Source of the DNA: Octopus sinensis | Lineage: Eukaryota | Assembly: GCF_006345805.1 (NCBI RefSeq) | Contig: NC_042997.1 | Coordinates: 203,608,001-203,672,000 of the forward strand | Direction: 5' to 3' | Length of the DNA stretch: 64,000 nucleotides | Shown: positions 11,245 through 21,342 of the stretch, in pieces | Layout of the letters: the number at the start of each line of letters is the position of its first letter | Numbering within the stretch: position 1 is the stretch's first letter | The notes under the pieces: generated by a model | The model's database searches: none | Seen by the model: the letters and a program-made list of their open reading frames with translations, nothing else | Told to the model about the DNA's origin: nothing | Made by a program: the position numbers and the translations under genes

Positions 11245-13370
11245 ATTTTTCTTTATTAGCCACGCAGAGCCAAACATAGAGGGGATAATACAATGTAGAA
11301 CTTTTCTTCTCGAAAGAAAGGAAGAAAAAATGCAATCAAAAGCATTTGGAATGTATAAACAGCAAAATAAGGCAGGGTAAAAATGTAAAACAGATTAGGT
11401 TTATTTGGGGGGGGGGGGAAAGCCTATGAAAAAGACCATGGTAACCTCAGGCAGGGAAAAAACACAAGAGCAAAGCGCTCTCTCTCTCTCTCTCTCTCTT
11501 TTGGATTTACAGGATCATGCTTGAAATGGTTTCATCATTCACGCGTACCATCTTTGCTACATCACCCCACCTTTTATTGAAATTTTCACAAATCAAAACT
11601 TCCCTCTCTATTCTCACCTTCCTTTTCAAGTGGTACTTGAAAAGGTTGATGAGCGATTGGCCAGAGAGGAAAGTGTTTGTCTCTAAACCTTTCACATGAG
11701 TCCACCATACACATTCTTTCACATGAGTCCACCATACACATTCTTTCACCATAGCCACCAGTACAATGAAAACTGCCTTGCCTTCCTGGTTAAAGGAAGG
11801 TGGCGGGGCAATATTCACGATAGACTCAGCTGTTCTGCTGCCAGTTGTAGTAGAGTACTGCCAAGACACCTCCAAACAAGTCAGGCAAATGACAATAAAG
11901 CTCATAGAGGAGACCGTCTAAGCCTGGCAACTTGTCTCCTGTGCAGCCTGCCATCGCATCCTGTACATCCACAGCTGTGATAGGTCTTTCACGAAACTTC
12001 ACCTCTCTTGCCAAGAGTTGTGGCAGGCCATGCAGATAGGCACTAAGGACCACCTTGCATTCTGACCCACCAGTTGTCCTGAACAGTCGGGCAGCTCCAA
12101 TTCCTTCATTTCTCAGAGCATGCATCCTAGCTCTGACATCACATCCTTTATATTAGGCGTTGAAGTATTGGTCAAGGGCCAACCTCGCCACCAGCACGTT
12201 GGACATGATGCCACTTCTAATTTCTCCTCTAATTTCTTAACTAGGTCTCCGTCTATTCTATTTCGATCTATTGCTAAAGGCTTACTATACCTAACCGATT
12301 CTGCTTTTATTGCTTTTTTTAGGGTATACCACTATCTATTGTTGACGATGGTGCCCATCAATGCCCTCTTAACTAATGTGCTAATCCGGTCTCTGTAAAC
12401 CTGGTGTGCTGTGAACAATGCATTCAGTTTCCAGTAAACCAGGACCCTGATTCTTATCTAAGTCAAGCGTACAAGTCACATATTTGTGATCTGTGTAGCT
12501 GACTATATGAAATTGTGGACAATCTACACTATCCCTATCCACTATGCTACAGAATACTCTAAATATGATCTGGACAATCCGATGCGGTTGCTCCATGTCC
12601 ACACAGCACATTTGGAAATGTCTGAGCAGATCTTTGAGTCATTTAATTCCTCTCCTATCTCTACCCATGTAGTCTAGATGCATGTCCAAGGTAGCGTTCC
12701 AATCCCCCACTAAAAGTAAAGGTCAAGACATTCTCAGAAAAACCTCTAAACATCAAAAGAAATTCGGCTGACCTGTTAAGGATGGTGCATAAACTGTTAT
12801 CAGTTGAAAAGCACACCCATTACTGCCATTGACATCCAAGATGACCAGCCTACCCTCTGGATCTAGGGATATTGCTTTTTGAGGTCCATAATCTTCTGAA
12901 AAAGCACTGCAGTACCACCTCCACCCATTCTCAGCAGACACGGAGAAAAATAAATGTCAAATTGTCCGCCGAACATGTGCGGAGAGCCCGTGGTTTGTGA
13001 TGTCTGGTCTTACTGATGGCTATGATATGCACATTCTGTGACTTGATTTCATTTAACAGGTAGCCTTGCACTTTTATACAACCTATTCTAAGCATGTTCC
13101 TATCGAAAGTTGTGCTTTAGACACAAAAGGAAAAAGAAAAGAATGAGAGAGAGAGAGTCACTGTTCGAAAGTTGGTTGTTCTTCTCTCAGAAGGTTTTTG
13201 TATATTTCTTTTTTCTTTTTGATAAGTAATTTTGAAATCTCCCTACTGCATTTGGGTAGAGAGATTTCAGTGTGTTGTGTATGTTTTGTGTCATGTGTAG
13301 GATTTTTATGTGTTATGGTGGTGGTGTTGTGTGTGGGTGATTGCTTGTTTTGACATAGTCTCCTGTTATG
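11245..13370 (-). mobile_element. Second, more degraded copy of the Tx1/L1-like LINE, in the POLR2G intron
   Basis: Endonuclease remnant at 12440-13060 (ISLDPEGRLVILDV..VYAP), RT start at ~11900-12140 (PGLDGLLYELY). C-terminus and 3'UTR at 11245-11830 are homologous to 5826-6430. Confidence 0.85.
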
Positions 13371-14289
13371 TTGGTCTTTGACCCAATGTATTATATTAGG
13401 ACTGAATTGTTTGTGCTTATTGCTGTCAACATTGTGAGGCCATTTGGTGCTTGTATGTTTGTATTGTTGGTGGTAATGTGTGCGTTTTCAGGAGCAATGA
13501 CTCTCCTTGATTTGATTGATTGCCTGTCTTTTCTTCTTTCCCCTTTTTCTTCTCCCCACCCCATGTAGTCATTTGCCATTCTTCTGTATCGCCTTCATCC
13601 AACGACATGTTGGAGGGATCAGAAGAAGCGAGGGGAAGGGTATTGGGATCAATTTGTGTGTTGTTGTTGATGTTGCTTCTGTTGGTGGTTGTTGGGATGT
13701 GATGTATGGGTTGATGGGGATGGGGTTAGTTTTTTCCCTTTTTTTCTTCTGGGTTAGATGCTTGTGTTGGTGATGGTGATGGTGTCTCTGTACTTGGTGG
13801 CACTAATGTTGTGTGGTTGGTCTGGCTTTTTGGTTGGTGGAGCTAATATGAAAATTGGCCCTTAAAGGGCAAATTTTCAAGCAAGATTCGCTCTAGGTCA
13901 AACAGATATTATTAGGAACCTTTCTGACAAAAATATATACAGGTATACATGAGCAAACACGACAAAATATATGAACTTACGCGAGACGACGCGAACAACA
14001 GCCAATCAAAGAGAGAGACATTGAATAGAATAATTCCCCGTTTGAACTTGTGTAATTACATATGTGTGTGTGTGTGTGTGAGTGAGTGAGAGAGAGAGAA
14101 AGGACTAGAAATCTACGGATGCTTAAACGGAGAAAAAGAAACTAATATGGACGACTTGTTCCGAAACACCCCCGAGTGGGGAACGGTCCTCAAAAGTCCA
14201 TTTGAGTCCTCAAAATATCCATTTTTCTGAAAGTTATGATCATCCAAATTGGGGAGGGGCGGGAATCTGTAGTTATGCCAAAAATACCT

Positions 14290-14420
14290 TAGGAATGAGA
14301 ACCCAGGGTTGGGGTCAAAATTCTACCAGGACACCTGATTGATAGCTGGAAAGTAAATCAGCTGAAACGTTGTGGTAACAAGATGAGGACACAAATCCGT
14401 CTAATGTAAATAAATGAAAA
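14290..14420 (+). mobile_element. Penelope-like pseudo-LTR fragment with a minimal hammerhead-like motif (14332-14374)
   Basis: cac-CTGATTGA-t-agctg(gaaagtaaat)cagct-GAAAC-GTT-gtg: perfect 5-bp stem II, palindromic AACGTT helix III, cac/gtg stem I, one extra base in the CUGANGA box. Confidence 0.55.
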
Positions 14421-14911
14421 GTTCAAAATTCAAAATTGGGGGAGGGGATGAAATTTGAGCCCCTTATTAAACTTTATAACATTAATTATTAAACACATAG
14501 TTTGTTTCTCAAAAAATGGTGTATATTTAATTTACATTTAATTATTATTTACGATTATTTAAGGCAAACACAAGTAAAACGCAAATTCTTTTCACTAATG
14601 TTTTCGTCTGTATTTAATTTCGATTTGCATTTGTTTGTCAATTCACTACAATCTCTTTAAAATAAACAAAATCAAAATTTTAAATTGGTGGTGGGGGTGA
14701 AATTAAAAAGAACTTCTTGCATATTCGTAATCTCTGACATCTAAAAAGGATAGTAATCCCCCCCCCCAAATTTTTTCAAGGAAATGTGCGATTTGTATAT
14801 CTAGGATTATTGTCCAGTGTGATTTGAGTGAATGTGGCTATTGTTTTTCGTAGGCCGAGCAGCTGTGCAGATGGGTTCTAGCTATTTCACGTTCTTTTAA
14901 GCAGTTTTTTT

Positions 14912-16084
14912 GGTTAATATAGGGCGTAACAAATATCAGAAAATCAAAAAAAAAATGTGTGTAATAGGTGTAAAACAACTTCCTATGAACGAATATGAAA
15001 AAAAAAATTCGCGCACGCGAAAGGGGGGTGGGGGAGAGGCCTCGGAAAATCACATCGGGAAGTTCCGAAAGCGTCTGAGGAGCTGACCCGGGCACCAAAA
15101 CAAAAACAAAATAGTGTAATATGTGTAAAACAACTTGCTCTAAACGAATATGACAAAAAAAAATGCGCTCTCGCGAAAGAGGGGTGGGGAGAGGCCTCGG
15201 AATATTTATATCGGGAATTTCCGAAAGCGTCTGAACCGGGCACAAAAACAAAAACAAAAACAGCGTAATAGGTGTAAAACAACTTGCTCTAAACGACTAT
15301 CATGAAAAAAGTGCGCGCTCGCGAAAGGGGGGTGGGGGAGAGGCTTCGGAAATTTCACATCTTCAGTCCACGGCCTTTAAACTAAGAAAAAATAGTGTAA
15401 TTGGTGTAAAACTACTTGTCTAAACGAGTATCAAGAACACACACTCACACATGAATCATAAACTCCGTATTTCGCAAAAAAAAAATTTCCAGAATTTCTT
15501 CTCTTTATTTTTTTTTTTTGCGAAATACGGAGTTTATGATTCATGTGTGAGTGTGTGTTCTTGATACTCGTTTAGAACAAGTAGTTTTACACCAATTACA
15601 CTATTTTTTCTTAGTTTAAAGGCCGTGGACTGAAGATGTGAAATTTCCGAAGCCTCTCCCCCACCCCCCTTTCACGAGCGCGCATTTTTTTCATGATAGT
15701 CGTTTAGAGCAAGTTGTTTTACACCTATTACGCTGTTTTTGTTTTTGTTTTTGTGCCCGGTTCAGACGCTTTCGGAAATTCCCGATATAAATATTCCGAG
15801 GCCTCTCCCCACCCCTCTTTCGCGAGAGCGCATTTTTTTTTGTCATATTCGTTTAGAGCAAGTTGTTTTACACATATTACACTATTTTGTTTTTGTTTTG
15901 GTGCCCGGGTCAGCTCCTCAGACGCTTTCGGAACTTCCCGATGTGAATTTTCCGAGGCCTCTCCCCCACCCCCCTTTCGCGTGCGCGAATTTTTTTTTTC
16001 ATATTCGTTCATAGGAAGTTGTTTTACACCTATTACACACATTTTTTTTTGATTTTCTGATATTTGTTACGCCCTATATTAACC
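14912..16084. mobile_element. Foldback-type non-autonomous DNA transposon: two ~575-bp inverted arms, ~24-bp spacer, 8-bp TSD GTTTTTTT
   Basis: Left end GGTTAATATAGGGCG at 14912, right end CGCCCTATATTAACC at 16084. Centre at ~15486-15509. TSD at 14904-14911 and 16085-16092. Internal subrepeats start at 14961, 15116, 15265 and 15397. Confidence 0.9.
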
Positions 16085-16273
16085 GTTTTTTTAAGCAGTA
16101 AGTGTGAACTGAATTGATAATAAATACTCATAATATTTATAATTGATACCACATGGAAGCTTTCAGTGTTAATTCATATAAACCTGTTTAAACATATAAT
16201 TAAATGCATTTCTATTTAAACAAACAATATTATCAAACTTCCATTAGAAATTATACTGAATATACCAAACTAC

Positions 16274-16517
16274 CTTTGAATGGTCTGAAGACGATCGCTT
16301 TGTATTTAACAGGATAAACAACAAAACCTCTGCTCGGTTGAATCAGTCCGGCACCAATGTTATCGATCGATGTGACAGCAATAACAAATCCATATTTCCC
16401 CGTACAGGTTCCTTCCACTTCTGTAAATAATTTCTTTCGTACAATGTTTAGTAGATTGGGGCCAAAATATCGAGGATGAAGTAGAATTTCATGTTCTAAT
16501 GACACATGGTAAAACAT
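16274..16517 (-). CDS. POLR2G: RNA polymerase II subunit RPB7, coding exon 1 (244 nt)
   Basis: [33 protein letters not shown], close to the human RPB7 N-terminus. Donor AAAG|GTAGTT. Intron 9600-16273 (6674 bp). Confidence 0.98.
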
Positions 16518-17024
16518 ACTGCCAGGTAAGTTAATAACTCAAATGGAGAAAAACCCGCTATTGTATAAATATGCTATCTACGTCACTAAAACGTGCGTAC
16601 TGACTCTGAATAGCTTTGAGCTAAACGTTTCATTCTTTGTGCTTCCGTCTCTAACCCGGTCTGGAATCCTTGACCTGATCTTGATTCTCATGCTTGCCAT
16701 TTCTTTATATAAAATAAAGCATAACCACAACTCTCCTGTTCTCCCTGTTCCTTCATATGTAATCTCTCTTTGGCTCAACTTTTGTTGATGTCTTAGTATA
16801 TTTTGGCATGAAACATTTGCAGTATTTGTGCAAACTCTTTACGTTCCGAGTTAAATCATACCGAAATTAAATTTGCCTAATTGACCTACCTTCGTCATCA
16901 ATTCTTTAATAATTATAATCCATGACATTACTGTTCGTCTTCTTCTTCGATCTGTTTCCTCCATTATTCCTCTACCAACACTTAACTCTTTTCACTATCA
17001 TCTTAGCGTGGTCGATGCCAGTGC

Positions 17025-17195
17025 CGTGTCACGTAAAAAGCACCCACTACACACTCAGATTGGTTGGGGTTAGGAAGGGCATCCAGCTGTAGAAACCTGT
17101 CCTGATCAGATTGGAGCTTGGTGCAGCCTCCTGGCTTGCCAGTCTTCAGTCCAACCCATGCCAGCATGAAAAACAGACGTTAAACGATGATGATT
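17025..17195 (+). repeat. Dispersed RTE-3'-end-derived repeat (GGAAGGGCATCCAGCTGTAGAAAC..CCATGCCAGCATGGAAA..(GAT)n)
   Basis: The same motif forms the 3' end of the RTE LINE at 44620-45968. Many other copies, e.g. ~5565-5750, 21750-22030, 23060-23405, 23700-23895, 61100-61260(-), 62080-62250, 63280-63530. Confidence 0.75.
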
Positions 17196-18006
17196 TCTTC
17201 TATCATGCTTTTAAATCTACTTTTGCACGCCCTGCAATCTGCAAAACGACCTAACTCCTGCCTGTGTCACGAAAAAAAAAAAAAAACATTAAGCACGCTC
17301 TGTAAAATAGAAACCATACCAAATTTGAAACATTGGTGCACGGTGTGTCTTTACAACCTCTTGAACCGCCCAACCTATGCCAGCATGGAAAACGGGCGTA
17401 AAAAATAATAATAATAGTCCTTTCTACAAAAGGCACAAGGCCAGAATTTCTTGTGGGAGGGAATTAGTCGATTACATAGACCTCAGTATTTCCCTGGTAA
17501 TTAACTTATCGACACCTCGAAAGGAGGAAAGGCAAGACGACGATAACGAACTATGAGACCCTACAAATATCATGGTGAAAGATCGTTTCCTTTCTTGGTG
17601 AACTCGTCTCCAACAATTTATCTGTGTGTGTGTGTGTTTGGTTGTAGATAAATTGTATCCGTAAATAAATTGCTGTAGATGAATTGTTGTCAATGAATTG
17701 TAGAAAAATTCGTCGGGTACCGTTCATCCAATGCTTGTCATTTCTGTATTCTGAGTTAAGTTGTAAATTTGACATACCATTATTATATCCGAATTATAAT
17801 AGAATATCTAATTATTAGACATAGATCATATAGAGATTTTAAAGGCACACACTCACACATATATATATACATACATCTCATATATATATGAAATGGATAT
17901 ATATATATGCATACATAGTATGACTAATGATTACGAACAGAATATTTCATTTTCAAATAAATATAACAAATAAAATAACCAAAGCAAAAAAGAACAAAAA
18001 GAGCTG

Positions 18007-18079
18007 CGACCACGACGAGACTCGAACTCGCAATCTTCTGATTCGAAGTCAGACGCCTTATCCATTAGGCCACGCGGCC
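18007..18079 (-). tRNA. tRNA-Arg, anticodon UCG (73 nt, no intron)
   Basis: GGCCGCGTGGCCTAATGGATAAGGCGTCTGACTTCGAATCAGAAGATTGCGAGTTCGAGTCTCGTCGTGGTCG folds as a cloverleaf; anticodon at plus 18044-18046. T5 Pol III terminator 6 nt downstream (17996-18000). Confidence 0.97.
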
Positions 18080-20089
18080 ACCCTGTCAAAGACTTCGGAA
18101 ATTATTACTAATATATTGTAGAAAATGAATTTTTTTGCCCTTATTTTTAATTGTTTCGTAAATTTTTTATTGTTTCCTGCGAGTCATATAATATGCTGTC
18201 ATTTTGCACAAAGTCATCTTATTTATGCCGAATACTGACCTATATTACTTTATATTTTGTTCATATAAGATTTTTCCGTAACGATTTATCAGGTGTTGTT
18301 CAGCATTTTTAAAACGCATTGGAAATAAAAATGAAGTTGTAACTTTTATTAATTAGAGTATATTTACGATTATTAATTTATTTCTCTTCTGTTTTGAAAT
18401 AATTCTACATAAAATTCCGATCGTTCGGTAGCTTTCCGAGATTCCCGCGAGATTTCATTATAGAACGCAAATACGAACATGGGAGGAACTTCCCTCAGTA
18501 ATTTGCTCTATTTGTTAAACCTTAAAAATTGCTATTATTTCTTCTTGCACAGCATTTATATGTGTGTTGATTTGTAATTTATATATAATTTGACATTAAA
18601 CAGAATTTAATATAAATAAAGACTGTCTTGTTCTCTGAGAAAGTTGAGAATTTGTATAAGATACTTTATATAGACTATTATTTAGTAAAAAATGCAGAAT
18701 TTACATGAGAGCAAAACCATAGGCTTGTGGTGACATAAGGCCAGAAGCTAAAGATACAATAGGGGAAAGGCAGAAGCTGATCGCAATGATTTCACCCACA
18801 AACATTGCAAAGCTGACTTTTAATTTTTAAATATAGATCGATCGACTCGGTTAAATCGAAGATCGATTTTATCCGTAACATTGGTGAAACGTGGGGTGTA
18901 CCGACCGCACAGGGCAGCCACTTATACGTTTCCGCTGTAATCGAAGAAATATGTAAGGGAGTAGGTGGTCAAAATCCAACAACGCCACTGACCCATAGAC
19001 ATATCTTTTAATTGTTTCAGTCACTGGACTGCGACACCAGTTCTTGTGTTTTTTAAAAGTCTGGTACTTATTTTATCGCTCTCTTTTTCTGAACTGCTAG
19101 AATACGGTGACGTAAAGCCAACACCGGTTATCAAGCGAGGACGAGACAACAGGACACACACACACGACGTGGTTCCAGTTTTCTTTTACCAAATTCACTT
19201 ACAAGACATTGGTTAGTCTGGAACCTTAGTCGAAGAATGTTGTCTAAGGTGCCAACTGTGGGGACTGAAACCAAAGCTAAATGGTTGCAAAGCAAGCTTA
19301 ACCATAGAGTCTTGCCTCTGCTTGTAATACCGAGGGGGGGTTTGTGTGTGTGTGTGTGTAATTTGTTCTTTTATTTCCTTTATGTCAACTTTGTTTTCGT
19401 TTTGTAACTATGCTTAAAGAGGGTTTCAAAACAACTTTGCAGAATATCTATAACAATGCCAGAAAATTTTGCGACCTTGGACTAAGGCATAACACTGGTG
19501 AGGTCAAGCCATGGTTCAATGGTGTCTGCAATAAGGGCAGACTTTATTCTTTGTAAGCCTAGTATTATTCTATCGGTGTCATTCACCAAACCGCCAAGTT
19601 ACGGGGACGTAAACACACCAGCATCGGTTGTCAAGCGACGTTGCGGGGACAAACACAGACACACAAACATATACACACACACACATATATATATATATAC
19701 ATATATACGACGGGCTTCTTTCAGTTTCTGTCTACCAAATCCACTCAAGGCTTTGGTCAGTTCGAGGCTATAGCAGACACTTGCCCAAAGTGCCACACAG
19801 TGGGACTGAACACGGAACCATGTGCTTCGTAAGCAAGCTACTTACCACACAGCCACTCCTACATGTAGGTGAGGCAAGATTTTGGCATCAATTAATAATT
19901 ATTCTGTAAGGTATTGTATTTTAGTGATAACAGTTATCATGTGGAGGGTATCCCATTTAATGGTGTCAGGTTACAAATGAGTTCGTGTAACCAACCTGAG
20001 TAGGCTATAATCTCTATGGGCAACAGGTATTGTATTTTCAGCCATTGTGTAGGGCACAGCTAGGCCTGGGGTGGTATATTTAGGTTAGC

Positions 20090-20990
20090 TGAAAGCCTGA
20101 AGTTCATTAACAGAGCATATTTCTGGTGGCAACTATTGGTGGATACTACATGCTGGAAGAGTTTGTGTAGTTTCTCGTGAAGTCAGAGTAGGCAATCACA
20201 AACTCCAGGTATGCAAAGAGAGACTTTATCAAGGATGCTCCATGTGATGTTGGGGAAGTTGTTTAGATGGTCCCAGATTCTCCAGATGAAGTGGAACAGG
20301 GAGGTGGAGGTTTCCTGGTTCCTACACTTGAAAGAGTGCATGTGTTTGTGTATATATTCCATTCAAAATCATTGGCTGTCATGCCTGTAAATGTCTTGAG
20401 ATGTCATCAAATGATGTGAGAGTGTTCTTCAGACTAAAGCAAATAAAAGCCCCAAGTGGGCACTTAGTAGGATCTCAACACTTATGGATTGAAGTGTAGG
20501 ATGGAGACCATGTGGCTGTTTGTGTCTTGAAACCTTCAATGTTGGAAGCAATATTATCAAAGCATGAGTTACTAACCTTGAGTTAAATTAAATAGCTCAT
20601 ATCTATGGGTGCTTGGGAAATACTTTTTAACTAGCATCAGGAAGCTTCTAGCAACACAAATTGAAACCTCTTGATTGAATGGAGTGTTGAGTCAAATTAC
20701 TTTCCTCTTTCTCTCATCAGATATGGAATGGAAGGGATCCTTCATTATACACTTAATTTATTGATAAAGCCACTACTGGCTTGAACCTTGCTCATGGGCT
20801 GCCCTGTTGGTCATTCTGTTCCTTGATAGAATCATCTTTTGATGCCTGTTACTAAGTTTCTAATTACAGCAGATGTTCAAGTGAGGAGTCTATCAATATA
20901 AAGAGTTACCTCATTGAGCTTTCTATAAGGATATGTTGTAGTGAAAATAGTTCTCCCTCCCCACATGACAAAGTGGTATGACACAGTCAC
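20090..20990 (-). mobile_element. Penelope-like element ORF remnant (RT thumb plus GIY-YIG-type endonuclease region)
   Basis: Manual translation with frameshifts gives PYRKLNEVTLYI, RKRKVI*LNTPFNQ..FLMLVKKYFP, FTGMTANDF, HSFK..TSTSLFHFIWE, NITWSILDK, all resembling Penelope ORF motifs. Confidence 0.65.
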
Positions 20991-21342
20991 TACAAAGTCA
21001 GACAATCAGTTGTTGTAGGAGGTCAATAGTAGTAGAATCATTGTGTTAGTCCTCAATTGGTCAGTGTTAGTTACGTGATATATATATATGAGTTTGAGTT
21101 ACCATCAAGGTAGACGTTTCAAAGTCATTGTCTTGTGGAGCTATAAGTGATAGCATGATAGACGAGTCTAGGATAATAAGACACGGAATACCACCACAAC
21201 ATAATAATGGTGACAAGAATATTACAGTGTTGACAACAACATACAAGTGGACGAGGATATACACAATTCACGTGGACAACATTGGAAAAAAAAAAATTTC
21301 ATGAGAAGTAAACAATTCACACAGATGATGTAGAAAAATTTT

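Noticed and set aside
13850-13878. 29-bp imperfect palindrome gaaaattggcccttaaagggcaaattttc
   Set aside because: Short and AT-rich with no context; could be a MITE relic or chance.
14961-15430. Regularly spaced repeats superficially like a CRISPR array
   Set aside because: Eukaryotic context, the 'spacers' are themselves repeated, and there are no cas genes; they are TIR subrepeats.
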